From NCBI GenBank assembly GCA_004022145.1, contig RCNU01000003.1: 64,000 nt of DNA, one strand, 5' to 3'. This stretch comes from Paecilomyces variotii. Its lineage: Eukaryota. This document shows, piece by piece, positions 50,019 to 62,763 of this stretch; position 1 is the first letter of the stretch; each line of letters opens with the position of its first letter. Under the pieces are notes generated by a model, which worked only from the letters and a program-made list of their open reading frames with translations, searched no databases and had not been told where the DNA came from. Both the position numbers and the translations under genes were made by a program.

Positions 50019-51627
50019 GTATCTCCAAGGGCTGATAATACACAAGGCCTGTTAACAAGCCCTTGTTCTGTACCTTGTGTGTTTTGATCTGTGGTTGACA
50101 ACAAAATTGCTGCAGGCACTCTCAAGTTCGGGAGATTGGGTTTCCTGCAGCTATTTGTAATAAACTAAAAACTGCCTGATGGAGTATAGTGACGCTAATC
50201 GTTTCATGCCGTTCAGATCTCGCGTTCTGCATTACAGCGGATGTATTATAATGGAAAAAAAAAAAAAGAAAAGAGACCCATTTCTATATTCGAGCAGGTT
50301 GTCGTGCTGAACCATGGTCCCGCGCTTTTGACGCTCCCCTGCATCAACCAACAGCGTCCTTGCACCCTCATGCGATGAATATCTCTATCAAACTGGTTCG
50401 TCCGCGAAGGCCATTGAAGTATTGTGGATCTTCTATGTCGACAAAGACTGCCAGTACTTCGCTTCTCATAGAATCGATAGGATGCTGCTAGCTGCACCAA
50501 TCCCATTGCATGCTGACATCAATACCCAAGCTGCCTTCGTCGGGTTCTGCAAGTGCCTTAGTAGCTTATTTCAAACACGGTACCGTGACCACCTCAGTAG
50601 ATTCTTCATTTGTAACTGTCTTCTGCAGTTTCTGGTATCGTCTCGCTGGACGATGGGGTACGCCCATAAAGCCCCGTCATCGAATTTTGACTCGAAGCCA
50701 GCAAAACGGGGAAACAGAAGCCCATATATTTCGCATACTTCACCTGATAGTTGAACATAGTTGGTTCCCATTGTACCGTATAGAACTTTGGAAGCCACTA
50801 GATATCCAATTTGTACATACTATATCCAGAAGATCTTTATTCACGGACGCTGTAGCTTGAAGAGTCGTCGCTGGAGTGGTCACCTCCCACGTTAGAAAGC
50901 GGATATCTTAGTAGGTTGGTGATATCTAGATCTGCTGATTGACCGGATGCTCAATACTCGGCCAATTCGAAAGGCCATGGAACATGCTAAAGCCTCGAGT
51001 ATAATTACCCGATAACCCTATCCCCTAATATGTGAGAATAGAGGATTAACATAGGGCAATGGGGCACGTGTTGAGTTATGCCCTCTTTTACCATTGCAGA
51101 TATCATCACGTGCATTACGCTTATATTACCTATATAGGAAGTCAGTGATGAGCACGTGAAGGAGCTACTACTCTTTATGAGCAGACTCCCTTCACTGAAA
51201 CACACAAACCTCACCTCACTCACGCTCAAAAACGATTTCCTACCTTTCATCTCTCTCCTCTTGATTGCTTCTCCAGTTCTTCGTTACATTCAGGCATCAG
51301 TTAACATCCATAGCAACGTCAGAGATCAGTCCATATCTAGTTTCCGTTTTGATATGCTGTTTGAGACTGTGACGTGCAGTGACACAGTGCTTTTTCCTTC
51401 CTCAAGACTCATTCTTTTCCTTTCCTAAAAGCTTCCACAGTTAGTATAAAGCTATTGGAAAAAGGCGAGCGAGCTTTTCGAATCTTTCAGCAACCCATAA
51501 GGATACCCAATACTCAGCATTCAGGGAATTTCGATTCATTCATCCTTTGAAAGCACCTTTGTTTTGGCACTGTCAAGCCTTTCGGAGACACAGATGCACA
51601 TATGTACTTCTCATCCAGATACCCATC

Positions 51628-54600
51628 ATGATAAGAAATGCAACCGATAATATGACGGGAACACTCAAGAAAGCTGTTGCTTCTATTCTCCATCCATCCT
51701 CACAAGAATCAAACCCAAAGGGGGCAGCAGACCAGAATAGAACCCAGGAAAATGATCACACAAGGACAGACAAGATTCATAACATTAATGGACCCGAAGC
51801 AAAGACAGCGAATAGTTTCTATGGAACGGAGAGATCTCGATTGCAACGCGGTGCACCAAAGCTGCCGACGATAACTGGATGTAGCCCACAGTTCTATGCC
51901 CCTAAACCGGCCCCCGTGCCACCGGATATGGACAGAAAAGGAATACTATCGAAGAGTAGTAAGATGTGGAACACTGTCTTCAAACGCGTGGTTAAATTCA
52001 GGGACTCGAAGTATGTTAAGAAGTTTAAACATACATGGGGAAGGAATTCAAGTTTAGTGGCCAAGGTAAGCTTCATGAGCTTCAGTGATTCAGGGATTTG
52101 GCTGATATATCTCATATCAGCCCCGTGAGCGAGTCTTTAGGTTCAGGGAAGTCAGTAAAGGGTCTCATGTGTATCCATCACTCGCTTATGATGAGGTATC
52201 GGAGGTGATTGTATGTGAATTTTTCATTTGTATTGATGTTAAGTGAGCACTAACACATACGGGCAGAAATTTAGAGACAAGGGGATGCGACATGTGAAGA
52301 GTCCTCCAGCAAACCCGGTGACCCAGGAACCCATCTTACCGTCAAAGCCTCTCCCTTCTCTCCCTCCAGACGCTGACCCTGTTGAAGATATCCGTGCCGC
52401 AATAGGAACTCCATTTGCTTCAAGGTTGACACCTCCACGCCGAACTTTTCCTCGAAAGTCAAAGATAAAGGAGGAGTGGCTTGCTTCGAGCCTTCCAGAG
52501 GCTGGATCTCCAGTCCAAGCAGGAGACAAACACTTCTCGACTGGAGGAAACAATCATTTCCTGACTCCGGCACCCGCCAGCACAAGGACTCACTCTACGG
52601 TATCATCACTGGTTCATTTTTACGAGCAGGAATCCTCTACCCTTGAGTACCCTGGGACTTTTGACAACCGTCTACAGAAATCTACATCTACTTTGACTCT
52701 TGAAAATCTGTCGTCAACCTCTACAGATACTGCACCAAACGCTACGCGTCCAGATAGTGACAACCCCTTTCCTGAGTACCCTATCATAGAAGACTCGGAA
52801 GCTGCTACACGGAGACATATCAAGTCCTTGTCTAACGTCCCTGCACTTCTGTATGAAGGATCTCTAGACTCTCTGAGAGCTAGCTGCACCTCAGGAACTG
52901 TGCGATTGTCCTGTAACACGCCCTTGTCACAGAACCAGACGGAAAGTCGCCTTAGCATTCACTCTGATATTGCCGCGACAAAGAGCAAAACACATCTGAG
53001 TCTCAGTCCTTCAGTTCAGTTCTCACACCACTCTGCAAATCTCTCTGCTTACCTCAGAAGAGCGTCTTCATCGGCTGATTATTTACGTTCACAATACGTT
53101 TCTGCCAACAAAGCCATGTCAGACTCATACCCTATTAGGACGAAAAGGCAGCTTGGCCAGTTATCACCATCTTCTCCTCCTCTCCCTGACTTGGAAACTA
53201 TTGGACGCAGCTTCTTTCCAGGGAATGAAAACGCAGACAGAAGGCAGATGTCTCCAACCGGGGAAGAGTCTCATTTAGTTCCTGCTCCGATATTGTCTGC
53301 GCCTGCCCAGACTTCCATTCCAGCAGACGAAAGAATTGTACCTAGCGGAATCCCAATAGCCAGTGGAATCCCAATAGCAACTGGCTCGGACTTGCTGAAC
53401 TCTCCAATACGGTACGAAAGACGTATCATACAAAGAATGAATGCCTCTGTTGAGAGCCGCAGTTCGATACATGTTCCTCTCGACGTCACAAACACCAGGA
53501 ATAATGTGCCTCTCGAAGACATAGGCCCAGTTAATGCCGGTCCATCTCTCAAATCAAACACTGACGATCTACTGGGCTCTCCCAACCCGAAGTATGGTGA
53601 TGCTGCCTCTCCCACACCTAACATTGACGATCCACTGGATTCGCCTATCCCTCAGTATGAGGATTCTGCATTGACGCCGTCTCTTCGACCGCAAAACGCA
53701 AATTCAGCAGCAACCCCTCTGGTGGACACTGACGACGACATCTACACGAGCAATGGACAGCTTCTCTTGCGCCCACAAGGTGTTTATACCGGAGAGTATC
53801 GTGCAAAGCTTCCCTCCAGACTCAGACTAGATCTTGGCCCTACCATGCATATCTCCAGATCTGCCGATAAACTCATTATGGGATCTCAGGACGACGTCTC
53901 TCCAGACAACCGTACTCCTCGACCGACCCAGCGCTCCCTTGGGGAAGGAATACGTGCCTCTATAGGTAGTCGCTTTTCAATCATCAATCTGAAGAACGCT
54001 GTCCAAGGCACGGAGAACGATAGGACAGAAACTGGTCCCTCCCTAGTCCAAGACGACGATGCCCATAAGGGTTCCAAGGGCAAAGCACGCGCTGACAATG
54101 AGACATCGTCCCCCACTGGCACTCCTCGCTCCAAGAGGTCTTCGGCGCAGACTCTGAAGCGGGATTTCAGTGGCAAGGAGATGAATCTGTTTCGTCGACT
54201 TGGGAGTAGAACCAGTTTGTCTAGTTTGTCTAGCTCTGGTTCGAAGACGTGCATACCTGAAGATGCACCCCCCGTCCCAGCGGTTCCAGCAGAATATCAT
54301 ATGACTGCTGCAAAGGGCAGAAATACCCAGCGTGGTATTTCACGCCCTGACTCTGGCGAACCGTCTGCCGCCGCAGGCAGAGGCCTGGCAGCAATGCCAA
54401 GCTTCAATACGCTTGTGGCAACGGGGAGAAGGGACTTCAGAGATAGAGCCCTCCATTCCCACCCAGTGGACACAGAGGAGGTGCGGACCTCGAGGGACTC
54501 CAGGTTCCCTCTCCGCACCTCCTCGCTTCAGTACCTGGGTGGGAATGGTGCTACTGCCATACGTGGACCTACGCGTATGAGGGCCGCTGATTCGGTTCCC

Positions 54601-54819
54601 GAATTCAGCGAACGGGGGACGGTGCAAGCCCGGCCTGCTACTTCCAGACGCTTCGGCGTTCTGAGAAGCGTACTCGGCTTCCTTGGGAAGTCGAAGGCAA
54701 AGGAGGGTAAAACCTCACAGGCAAATGGCTGGAGGGGCCTTAAACGGCCCTCCAAAAACCCAGCCAGGGGCAAGCAGATCTCGGCGCCGCGAGATTTCAT
54801 AAAGCTCACGCCGAACTAA
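51628..54819 (+). CDS. Large Ser/Pro/Thr-rich, probably disordered hypothetical protein; 5' exon structure tentative
   Basis: 858-codon ORF at 52243-54819. The upstream ORF can be joined through introns 52066-52120 and 52155-52243. No recognisable domain. Confidence 0.6.
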
Positions 54820-54905
54820 GTTCCCCAGGGACTTGGTTCGGTGTGGGATTTGTGGCCGTCTCCCGTTTCTTCTCTGGGTCCTGGTGTTTTCTGCGGGTTC
54901 TTCGT

Positions 54906-54965
54906 GTTTTCTTTGGTGTTTTCTTTGGTGTTTTCTTTGGTGTTTTCTTTGGTGTTTTCTTTGGT
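54906..54965. repeat. Tandem repeat, 5 x 12 bp GTTTTCTTTGGT, preceded by degenerate units
   Basis: Directly visible. Confidence 0.9.
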
Positions 54966-55570
54966 GAAATAATACCCCTGTACGAATAAGTGTCTTTTCC
55001 TTTCCTCAATGAGGAAAAAAAAAAGGAAAAAAGAAAAAAAAATTTAAATAGAAAACAATAAAAATTTGTCTGAGTATATATGTTCTTCCAACGCTCTTAG
55101 TAAGCTCTCCCCTTAAAGGAACAATCTTTATGATATATGACCTCTTACAAAACTCTGAAATGTTCAGCTCACAGACTCTATCTACACTGCAAATAATCCT
55201 TTGTGATGATACCATCCTTGGAGTCTGGAGGGGGCTACCTAAAAGTGGTTCACTACACACAAGTCTTTCCATTGCCGTGACGATTGTTGTGAAGCAAAGT
55301 ATCTCGGCGCCTTTGAACGCAACCAAATATGGGTGGGCTCTACTCGTTTCATAACAGACCTGGACAAGTGATAGCACCCAGGGAAATATCTGTTATTATT
55401 CTTTTCACTCCTTGCACCTCCACTGTTCTTCTCATGAACAGTTCCAGGTTCTCCTCTCTACCTACATCTTCATATCAACAGTCAAGCATCGGCTCTTCCT
55501 GATTGCCCGGCCTGATTCAATAACTCCTTTCTACTACTCCTACATACTCTATCTTTTCAAGACCGCGAAG

Positions 55571-56852
55571 ATGGGGAAAGGGCAGAGAGCCAGAGTTTGT
55601 TTACCCCCCCCTCCTCTCCCACCCCCCTGAATCTTCGGCCCTTCGCCACATGACATACACAAGCTCTGACGAGATATACAGCTAGCTGCTACTCGTGAGC
55701 GTTGGAGGATTCTCGCAGAAGGAATACGCAAAGCCGAGACCGAGATTGAGACTGGAGTTCCTGCTGCAACTCCTCCGGTCATTGCCTCTCCTTCGCTGCA
55801 GTCCGTAGCTGTGATGGAATCTGTGGAGCATTTTCCTGCGCTGCCCACTTGCGAGACCTCTCTCGTGAAGAAGGGAAATGAGGAAAAAGAGAAAGAGACT
55901 GAAGTCGAACATGTCCTTGGGGCAGACATCTCTGAAATAGCAGCAGAGAAACATGACGAGAACAAAGTCGATACTACCAATAAACATGCCGACGAGGGCG
56001 AAGAAGCTCCTACTGCTATCATCGACACAAAGACCAAAGACGCTCCAGCTCCAACTGGGATCTCCAAACAGCCTGCTACTCCTCTTACCGCTGAGGACAA
56101 CGCCCAATCAAACTCCAAGAAGAAACAGCGCCCCAAGCGGAAGAACAGATTCAACAACCAACACGACAAATTGAAGAAGAAGGAGAATCGCAGATCTGAG
56201 ACTGCCCCGACTGTTCCTGGGGCTGCCACCGCTGAGAATAAACAAAGCGCAGAGCCAAGGATTACAAACTCTACCGAGTTTGCCTCTGTCCCTTTCCATA
56301 GGCAGTACGAACAACTTCACTGGGGGCCTTTGTATCCTGCTGCTTATCCGACGACGTACCATCCCGTTTACCCTCCATACCTCAGTCCTTACTCGGGTCT
56401 GGGTGGTACTGTGCGCCGTAACTACATTTCTCAGTCATCTGGGGTTGCGAACATGACTGAACATACTTACTCGCACTACCTCAGTCCTTATTCTGGACAG
56501 GGTGGTATGGCACGCCGTCACTTTGTTCCTCAGATATCCGGGGCTGCCAACATGAATCACTACAATCATTTTTCTGGTCTTGGTGGTACTGCGCGCCATA
56601 GCCTCGTTCTTCCGCCACCTGGCTTTGGCAATATGAATCAGTACAGCCCTCGTAGAAACAGAGGAAGTCGGTTCTTCCCTCGCGAGCGGGTAAGTAAGAA
56701 TCTAAAATCGAATTGACCAAAATTATATGACTGATACCATTAAGGCCAATGAGAATAGGAACCGGAACCAGGCTGCTGCGGCGGAAAGCGCCCAGTCCGC
56801 CGAGCTGCGTGCCACGGCGCCGGATTTCGTCCCAAGCGACAAGCAGACTTAG
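55571..56852 (+). CDS. Hypothetical protein with three internal repeats and a C-terminal PAM2-like motif; 3 exons
   Basis: ATG 55571. Intron 55595-55681 (GTTTGT..CTGAC..CAG) and intron 56690-56744 (GTAAGT..CTGAT..AAG) are both phase 0 and in frame. The last exon ends ELRATAPDFVPSDKQT*. Confidence 0.65.
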
Positions 56853-57136
56853 GCCTCAACAAAACGGAAGATGACAAAAGACCCATTGGGGTTAGTCTAT
56901 GAATGGGTTTACTGGTTTTTAGGGCTTGCTATCAGTCTCCGGTCAGATCGTGGTGTGGTTGGTAACATTATTATCGTGCATAAATGTCTAGTAAGAAAGG
57001 GGAAAGACAAAAAGCTTTGTTCCCATCTATTCAAAATCAACAATTGCTAAGCACAAATGGAAAAACATTCCTCTGTGTAGAAAACACGGGTATAACAAAA
57101 CAAACTAAATGAACAATGGTTCAAGATATCATAGAC

Positions 57137-58201
57137 CTAGCCGTATCTCCTGTCTTGGATCTCATCTGCAGCTAGTCTGACCAGCTGCGTGATCGGACCT
57201 CCTCTTCTTCTGTGTCTCCTCGGCTGCTTAGGAAGATAACTCATTTCCGCTTCGTATGGATCTGCTGGAGTTGGCTGGTATCTTGGCTCTGAAGATCTCG
57301 GCCCCTTTCCCTCACGCTGATTCCGGTAACCCTGATCTGCTGGGTATCCAGTCTGTGGTTGTTCCGGATCAGCAACCGACTGTCGAACCTGCAATGTCAA
57401 CCCGATACCAAGACAGATCACGACGACAGCAAATTCCTCCAGAACAGCCATGACGAGCATTATTGTCACATTGCCGGTGATCATGTTGAAGTCTGAGTTG
57501 TGCACGAAGACAGAAAGGACCGAGTAAATGAGCCGCACGAGAATGAAGGGCAATGACATTCCCACCGCGGCGAGAAGGCGATGCTCTCCATCCTCAATAT
57601 CGTTGTATCTGCCACGGAGGGCAAGCAGGATAAAGCAAATGGCTACCCAAATGACCACGAAGAGGATGATACCGATCTTCGTTTCGATTTTGGGGTGCGC
57701 AAGAGTCGCGGCAGAAGAACCGCCGGTTGTTTGACCGACAATTCCTACGATCAGAGCAGCCAGCGTAAGGAAAAGGAGTCCTCGAAAGATGAGTGGGTTG
57801 AGCGGTCGGTTCGTTTTTCGATCGATCGAATCATTGCTGGTTCAAGGGGGGGCATCGTTAGCTTTTGTAGTTTCATAGAGTAAAGTTGGATGGATAGGTA
57901 GCATTGGTTCAAACACTAACATTCTCGAAAGAAGACCCGTGTTAGCATGAAGTAGCGGTCCTACACCCACTGACGAGCACACCGCATATGCAATATACAG
58001 GTCGGTTGATGTTGGATAGCTGATTGTGGCTAGATAACAGCATGAACCCACGATGCGGGCAAGACTGAATATGATGAAATAGTACCACCCGGAACTCTTC
58101 CTGAAACCATGTCGAAATGCCAGCAATAGCGCAACAAAAATGGCGGGTGTGTAAAAGATGAGTTCCAGGATGGAGATCCCATGGCGGTAACTGATAGCCA
58201 T
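57137..58201 (-). CDS. Multi-pass (about 7 TM) fungal integral membrane protein, RTA1-like topology; 2 exons
   Basis: MAISYRHGISILELIFY...RHGFRKSSGWYYF...GVGPLL and 'LPFILVRLIYSVL...MAVLEE'. An intron at about 57837-57920 joins the ORFs. Confidence 0.8.
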
Positions 58202-59285
58202 TGGAGACAACAAAGATCCAGCAAATGTAGCAGTGGGCAATGAATAGGTAAGGAAAAGGATGAAGTAGTCAAAATGAGAGGCTCGATAATTGACTTGCAG
58301 CTGAATACCTTGTAACTACTGCTTATGAGCATCAGATCTCATGAGATCGCGGGGGGGTGTTATATAAGTATCTACGAGTAACTATGCCTCCAGCTGCATG
58401 GTTTCCTATTTCGGTAATCGTTGCGATTTTACCTGCAGCAACAATAATAATATCCAGCCAAATCAAAAGGGCAGTGCATATAATTATTACACGAGTTGCA
58501 TGAAGCCATGGGTTGCCTTATGCGCCCCTAACACCTCTAGCATCTCGTCTCCCGTGGCTCTCGTGTGTACTAAACAACCAGCTCGCAGTCTAGTGTGATT
58601 CGGCTAAAGGTAAATTATCATTAACCTCAGCGCTCAGCCTCTGGGATTTCACGCTAGATAAGACTATGAAAAGCTTGACCTGTCGAATGCCAAGACGGGC
58701 TCTACTTAATTACCTTCTTCTAGGACGTCTCATTCGTTGAGAAACATCGTCGAAAAACTTCTGGTTCGCACGGCATACCGGATTCGGTTTGGTGTTCGAG
58801 AGACGTGGCTGAGCACTTATCTTTTCCTCCCTTATTATTATGGGGAAATGATGGAATATCGACAAAACCAGGCGTGTTTTTTGACAAGATCGCCATCAGC
58901 TGCGCCAGGCAGCAGCAATTCGGCACATGGATTGCTAACAATCGCTGCTGCCTGACCGAATGAGAGCGAGAAACTACAGAAAATACGGGGTCGAAAAATA
59001 TCTAGCTAGCCGATTCTAGAGTGTCAGGGCCCTCGTACCTAATGAAGTTCCAAAGTTAACGGCCTTAAAAAATCTATCAGCAGCTGAAAGATACAGGTGC
59101 TATTTAGTATGTAGGCGAATGTTGGAATATATTTGAGAATGACTAAGAATAGGGCAAACGCCTGCTTTGATATCGAGGCCTTAATCAAGTCTCAAATCGG
59201 AAAATGTCTGCTACACACAACAACATAACTTCTGTGCGCAACGTATTACTGTATCGTGGAGTTCACAATATAGGATGAATTAGCA

Positions 59286-59847
59286 CTACGGCGTATACGG
59301 CTCTGGAAAGATCTGGTGTCCGGCCAAGTCAATGGGTAGTGCTCGAGGGTGCCGGCGGCTGTCTCGGTCACAAGGGGATTCAATACGCGAAGGAAATGGG
59401 TATGCGCATCGTTGCTGTTGATGGTGGTAAAGACAAAAAAGAGCTCTGCATGAAACTTGGTGCGGGACGCTACCTTGATCTTACCACACAGAAAGATATT
59501 ATGGAGAAAGTCATGGATATAACGACGTATGGTGCACATGGAGTCATTGCATTGTGACTGCTGCAACTCGGGTCGTACAGGAGCAACTACCCTACCCTCT
59601 GGGCACTTCGTAATGAGAGGTCTGATGCGGATGACCGCCCATGACCATGGCTCCGAAGGATTTGAACGTAGTAGAATCCATCACAGGTAGGAGGAGAGAC
59701 GTGGATGAAGCTTTCGAGTTCACCTCACGAGGACTGGTCAGGCCAATCCTGGTCAAAGGTTGAATGGAGGACATCAACGTCTTCGCGAAAAGGATGTTGG
59801 CTGGGCAGCTTCCAGGTCGAGCAGTAGTCAAAATTGCTGCTGACTGA
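59286..59847 (+). pseudogene. Zinc alcohol dehydrogenase (ADH1-like) pseudogene: 5'-truncated, frameshifted, with an internal stop
   Basis: TTAYTALERSGVRPSQWVVLEGAGGCLGHKGIQYAKEMGMRIVAVDGG...GAHGVI, then a frameshift and deletion, then 'DVDEAFEFTSRGLVRPILVKG*...LPGRAVVKIAAD*'. The catalytic N-terminal half is absent. Confidence 0.85.
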
Positions 59848-60164
59848 ATTTCCAGTGCTTCAAAATGTATAGAAGAATAAGAAGAAAAGAATAAAAAATA
59901 AAAAATAAAAAAACACCCATCCCATATCCATCACTCCAAGCTGTATAGCCGCTGGATACTTCGTACCGTCCCCATCCATGTCCTGTGTCATACCAGACAA
60001 TCCAAAACGATGTTGTAATGATGAAACGAGGAAGTTCTGTCCTGTCTGCGTTCACCGCGGATTATCAACTTCCAATAGTTTCCTAAGATTAAATAGTAGT
60101 TCACTTGAACGCGCAAAAAGAGAGAAAAAAAAAAAAAAAAAAAAAGGAAAGAAAGAGATAGAAT

Positions 60165-62763
60165 TCACTGTGGTAGATTCCAAATGAAGTCGAGCGCACC
60201 GTCTTCCATTCCTAAAGACTGACCGCCTGCCGTACCGAATGGTGCCATAGAGGGATCGAAAGGGAGGAAGAGCCAGTCATCCGGCGGCATATCGGTCAAC
60301 GAGGGGACAAAGTCCGCATCGAACGTCTCCTCTTCCATGGGGTCATTGGATGCTTCTGTACTTAATGCCTGTTCTTGAGGCAGCGAAGATGATGGCCTCG
60401 TAATGTCGCAGCTTGTCCCAGTCGTCTTAGATGATGCGGCGAAATGGCGTCGCAGCCGCGAAACATGCACCTCAAGAAGTGTTGCATAACGCGCTGCCAA
60501 GTGTATGTCGTCCAGTGTATTCAGTCTCAGCGCCCGGATGCTTTCGTCAAGGATGTCGAGAGATTCTTGGAGTTTCGCGTTGCGTACTCCTAAGCTGAGA
60601 GCTTTAAGCAGAAAGATAGACGAGCTTGTTACACGAAGAAATATCCTGACGGGGGCGAACTGGAGAGCCTTGTCATTTGCGAGTTCTGTTACTTTCTGAA
60701 GTATGGAACAGCATCCGTCGATTACTTCCTGGATGAATTCGTAGTCAACCGGGTCTATACTCATCGCGCGAATATTCGCCATGAGATGACCAGTCGACCC
60801 ATATCCGTCTACCAGAAGACGTTCCACTACCGCCTGCATTCCAATAGAATTCATATACACCCGGACGAAATGGTATTCGATGAATAATAAATCAAAAGAA
60901 CGTTTTCCTAGATCTGTGGAGGTAGTATTAGCGATCGTGCTTGGTCATACTCTCCATGGAATCCAAAAGTGAGGTGAGGGTGTGATAATGAAGGCACCAT
61001 ACCTCTTGGACTAAGATGGGTTTCACGCCACCGCTGGAGTAACTGACGAAAGTGGTCTAACAGACCTATATACCGTCCACTCTGTAGCTGATTAGTGGCT
61101 AACGACGTAGACGGGAAGAACATGTCGTTGATAGACCCCATAAGTTTTGTTAGATCCATCCATGATACCATGAATGCCGACCACTCATCAGCCGACTCAT
61201 CGGGTGCCCGCATCCAGAGACGGCTGATAACAGTACGGTTCAAGCTTTGAGGCATTAGAGATCTGCAACCTATTCGAGAAGCATGTTGATTAATATAGAT
61301 GTAGAGCAAGCGCTGAACGCGTTTCTGTCGATAGCCATATTGCCCAGATGAGCCTGGCATACCGTCATTATTCGTAGCGCTCGCCGACTTTTCAGCGTCT
61401 GACTCGAAGATTCCAAGTTCATAGGCAAGTGACAATGCACAGCCAAGTAACATCCAAGACATCCTGTCAGACCTTGTCGCAGGCGCTATGACGTCTTCAA
61501 TCCATCTGCTTGAGGATGAAATCTGATCTCTTGACATGCTATAAGATGGCTCCTCAAGCGTAAGGACTAAGTCAGAATCCCACCCATCACTGTCGGGTGG
61601 GAAATGGAGAGAGCGAGGATGCCACTCTGACATCAGCAGAAGCGCCTCTATAGTGCCAACAGTCCGCGTGTTCCGTTTTGATGACTTTTCCTGCCCCAAT
61701 ATTAACCTCATAATCAGCTGTTCGCAATGCTGCCATAGACGGTGATGGATGAAGAAACTCCTTGAAGCTCCGCCGCTGCCTGGTAGAACGTGATATCGTG
61801 AGGATATCATTAAGATAGTGCAACAGAGTATGGGCTCATCTTTGAGAAGCAGCTGGTGATTATTGTGATCACTGTAGAAACCACACAGGATAGGGGACAA
61901 TGGTGACATGTTTTTGAAGAATCTATAAAAGATTAGTATAGGAAGTATGGTATAAGAGATGGGTGCCCAGCTAACAGGTCAATATATGTGACAGCTTCTC
62001 TAGCAGTGAACCATCCCATTCTTACGAACCGACATGCCTCCCAAATCCGAAGGACCTCCTTCCCCGCATTTGAAAGTCTCTCTGGTTCATTAGTCATGGC
62101 CATCGAGAGACGAGGTTGAGTCCCTTCATGGGCAGTCGTGCGCCCATTCTGTTCCCGGCGGGGAACATTGTCAACATCGCCGGCTGGGTTTGTCCCATTT
62201 TCGTGAGCAGTAGCTGCCTCGAAGAGAATGTTGAGCGCATCATTACCACTGGAAACAACGGTACGCACCATCGAGCTGTCCAAAGTCATCGAGACTGATC
62301 GGCTCTCTGCTTGATAATTCTCGTGATGATGGGCTGGTTGCGCACGGCCGCTTCTAGCCTCGTCGGGGGACCACTGCTCCTCAGTATCGTTGCGGCTATT
62401 AAGTCGAGGATTAGCGGATGGTGATGAGAATTCCGATGCTGCAATACTGTTCCTCCCCAAACCCGGACTCCTGGAGGTCCCTTCATGTGCGGGAAGCAGC
62501 TGATCCGTTTGAGCTATAGAATTATTAGCGAAACTCTTGCGAAAATTAAGGATTTATTGATACAGACACGTCCTCCGTCTCTCCCAGGCTCTCTTCTTAG
62601 GGAATACGCATTGCCTCTGCTCTCTGCGGCACTTTGCACAAGGCGGCCCAGACGGTTTGCCGTCGGCTCCGCTACCCAGGTCGCATTTTGCTTTCCGTTG
62701 GCGACATGGGACGCACGCTTTGTATGCTCGCTGCCTGGTCTTGGTTGGAGTAGGGGCTTCCAT
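60165..62763 (-). CDS. Zn(II)2Cys6 transcription factor, ARO80-like family; 4 exons
   Basis: RAYKACVPCRQRKAKCDLGS...PPCAKCRREQRQCVF, WEACRFVRMGWFTAREAVTYID, IEALLLMSEWHPRSLHFPP, RSDRMSWML and FAPVRIFLR. Three introns reconstruct one frame. Confidence 0.88.

Noticed and set aside
54806-55009. Minus-strand ORF with PKKT repeats (histone-tail-like)
   Set aside because: It is simply the translation of the 12-bp minisatellite, with no other gene support.
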